Part shown: one piece after another, positions 62,075 through 64,000 of the stretch
How positions within the stretch are numbered: the first letter of the stretch is position 1
Layout of the letters: each line of letters opens with the position of its first letter
NCBI GenBank assembly: GCA_965287045.1
Contig: OZ336882.1
Span: 44,206,001-44,270,000 of the forward strand
Source: Carcharhinus amblyrhynchos
Taxonomy: Eukaryota
DNA: 64,000 nucleotides
Direction of reading: 5' to 3'
Position numbers and translations under genes: made by a program
Notes under the pieces: generated by a model
What the model was told of the DNA's origin: nothing
Database searches by the model: none
Seen by the model: the letters and a program-made list of their open reading frames with translations, nothing else

Positions 62075-62400
62075 AAAGAAAGAGAAAACTTAATTTACAT
62101 AGCACTTTTCCAAATTTCAGGGTATTCAAAGGTCCTTAAGGCCGAGGAAGTGCATTCACTGTTGTAATATATGAAATATGCCAGCCAATCCTTCAAACAG
62201 CAGTTTAAAAATTGCCAGGTCATTTGTTTTAGACCTTGGTTGAGAAAGAAATGTTTGTGACAACTCACTGCTCGTCTCTTGAATAGATCTTTTACATCTA
62301 CCTTTGAAAGCACAAGGGCCACAGTTTACACATCTCATCCAAAAGTATACAGCTCGAAGCAACACAACAATTTTCAAAAATATCTTATTCTTGCTGAGGC
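62075..62400 (-). mobile_element. DeuSINE (SacSINE1-like), degenerate
   Basis: atttacatagcacttt...cactgttgtaat...ccagccaat...gatcttttacatctacc...cagtttacacatctcatccaaaag. Confidence 0.75.
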
Positions 62401-63739
62401 CACTAATATGTCTGTGCTTACTTAATGATAAAATTAGCTGCACCAAGAGCTGTATGAAAGAATTGTAATTTAGCTGTCTAATGAGCAGAAAGCTTGGGAA
62501 GTCAGCACAATTTAAAAATAACCTGAATCATACAGAAATGAAAAATGAATTTACTTGTGCTTAGTTCAAGTTAGCTTCATGCAATTCTTCACTTCGGATT
62601 CAGATGTCTGCTGTGCTGTGACGTGTGTAACATCAAAGAGGCGATGTGAACTTATATAACACTTTTAATATAGAGAAACATTCTAAAGTGCTTCATAGAG
62701 GGGCAATCAAAATGCATCATATTTATTGTTCTTCACTGCTGCAGCGATCCTGTCAAAAGATACTCACTGTAGCACTGGCTGTAACTAGGTAATAACTTAT
62801 TTATATCCAGTAATAATGCTCAATGGCCTGTGCAATGCATTAGGGATTTATCAGATCAAATTGAAGGACGTGATCACAGCTTAACAGCACAACCTGCTAC
62901 ATTTAGATTCGTGTTACAAAATAGATGTTATCAAACAAAAATGGCAAACTGTACATGGCTCCCATGCTATTATGAGTAATAGATGTCCAGCACATATTAC
63001 AATATGTGCACATTATAGTAATAGTACACATTACAAAAATGAATATAAAGCATTCATCTTAACAATACTTAATGTTGAAACTAAAAGGAGTGTCTGCTAT
63101 AAAAAGCCAAATAGCCTCAAACCAATGCGCAAATTGAAAATCATTATTAATCTATCCTTGATTTTGTTGTTTTATGTTTTTTTACAGTAAGTACATGAAA
63201 TTCATTAGCTGTCAAATTCAGATGTGGACTCTATATTAAACTTGTGAGGAATAAATATTCAGGCATTTCAACACTAACAACTTGTATCATACTGTTTCAG
63301 ATCTCAGGACTGTTCTCAATGAGCTCACTCAGAAATAAATTTCAGAGACATTGAAGGCTATCAGATTAGTAAGCAGTCAAATCTGAATTATTGTAAACTT
63401 CACCGAGGTACTAATTTTAGAATTAAAGTCAGGGAAGATGGCCAAACCCCCGAGAGAATTCTTACCTTAAATGGAGTTACTCAAGACTCTGTTTGGGTTA
63501 TGACATTCAAACTTTCATAAACAACATGAAAGGCAATCTATTTAATTTGGAGATACTTGTTCCACAAATACCAGCCAGAAAGATCATCAAACTTTTTACT
63601 GTATCTGGACGACATTGTTTTGATCTTGGCGTCGCTTCTGCTGAAAATACAGTCAAATAAATAGTAGATCAAAGAAATTTCAGGTCAGTTATGAAATCAC
63701 ATCTCTAAAAACACAACTTTGGTGATTTAATTTCACTTC

Positions 63740-63832
63740 GCAGCATCTTCAGGTTCCCACGCACCTACTGCCCTTGTCCTTCTAAGCGGTGCAGGTTTGA
63801 AAGGTACTGTCACAGACATGACAAGTTGCTGC
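63740..63832 (-). mobile_element. L2/Crack-like LINE fragment
   Basis: gttcccacgcacctactgcccttgtccttcta...ggtttgaaaggtactgtc corresponds to the reverse complement of the 443-1000 family. Confidence 0.6.
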
Positions 63833-64000
63833 CAAAAAATTCAACCAGAATTGTTAATATTTGATCTTTTGTCAAGGTATCACAATAAATACCTTTGGAG
63901 TTTGTGCTAGTACACACTCCGTATTGCTTGCTCCAACAATCAATCGGAATGGCTTTGTGTTTTTGTAAAAGTAGAGTTCTTCACCTACAACATCTACAGG

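Noticed and set aside
642-63190. The many 60-146 aa ORFs in the supplied track as genes
   Set aside because: They are TE-derived, antisense to TEs, or low-complexity chance ORFs; none resembles a host protein I recognise.

Overview
AT-rich, CpG-poor vertebrate non-coding DNA. Its repeat content (HE1/V-SINEs, SacSINE1-like DeuSINEs, CR1/HER1, Rex1/Babar, L2-group, RTE and Penelope-like retroelements, plus a hAT fossil) points to an elasmobranch, most likely a shark. I recognise no host protein-coding exon and no tRNA, rRNA or known miRNA gene. Every convincing ORF is a transposon remnant, so the window is probably a large intron or a gene desert. Most notable: (1) a TSD-flanked Penelope-like insertion (47829-48228) carrying an intact-looking minimal hammerhead ribozyme core, preceded by a 76-nt near-perfect pre-miRNA-like hairpin; (2) a V-SINE subfamily whose 3' tail resembles the Rex1/Babar LINE tail rather than the CR1 tail of classic HE1; (3) local inversion and foldback structures inside old repeats; (4) several repeat-free, motif-dense blocks and isolated splice-site pairs that may be enhancers and non-coding or micro-exons. 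Repeat family names come from recalled consensus features, not a database search, and boundaries of degraded copies are approximate.
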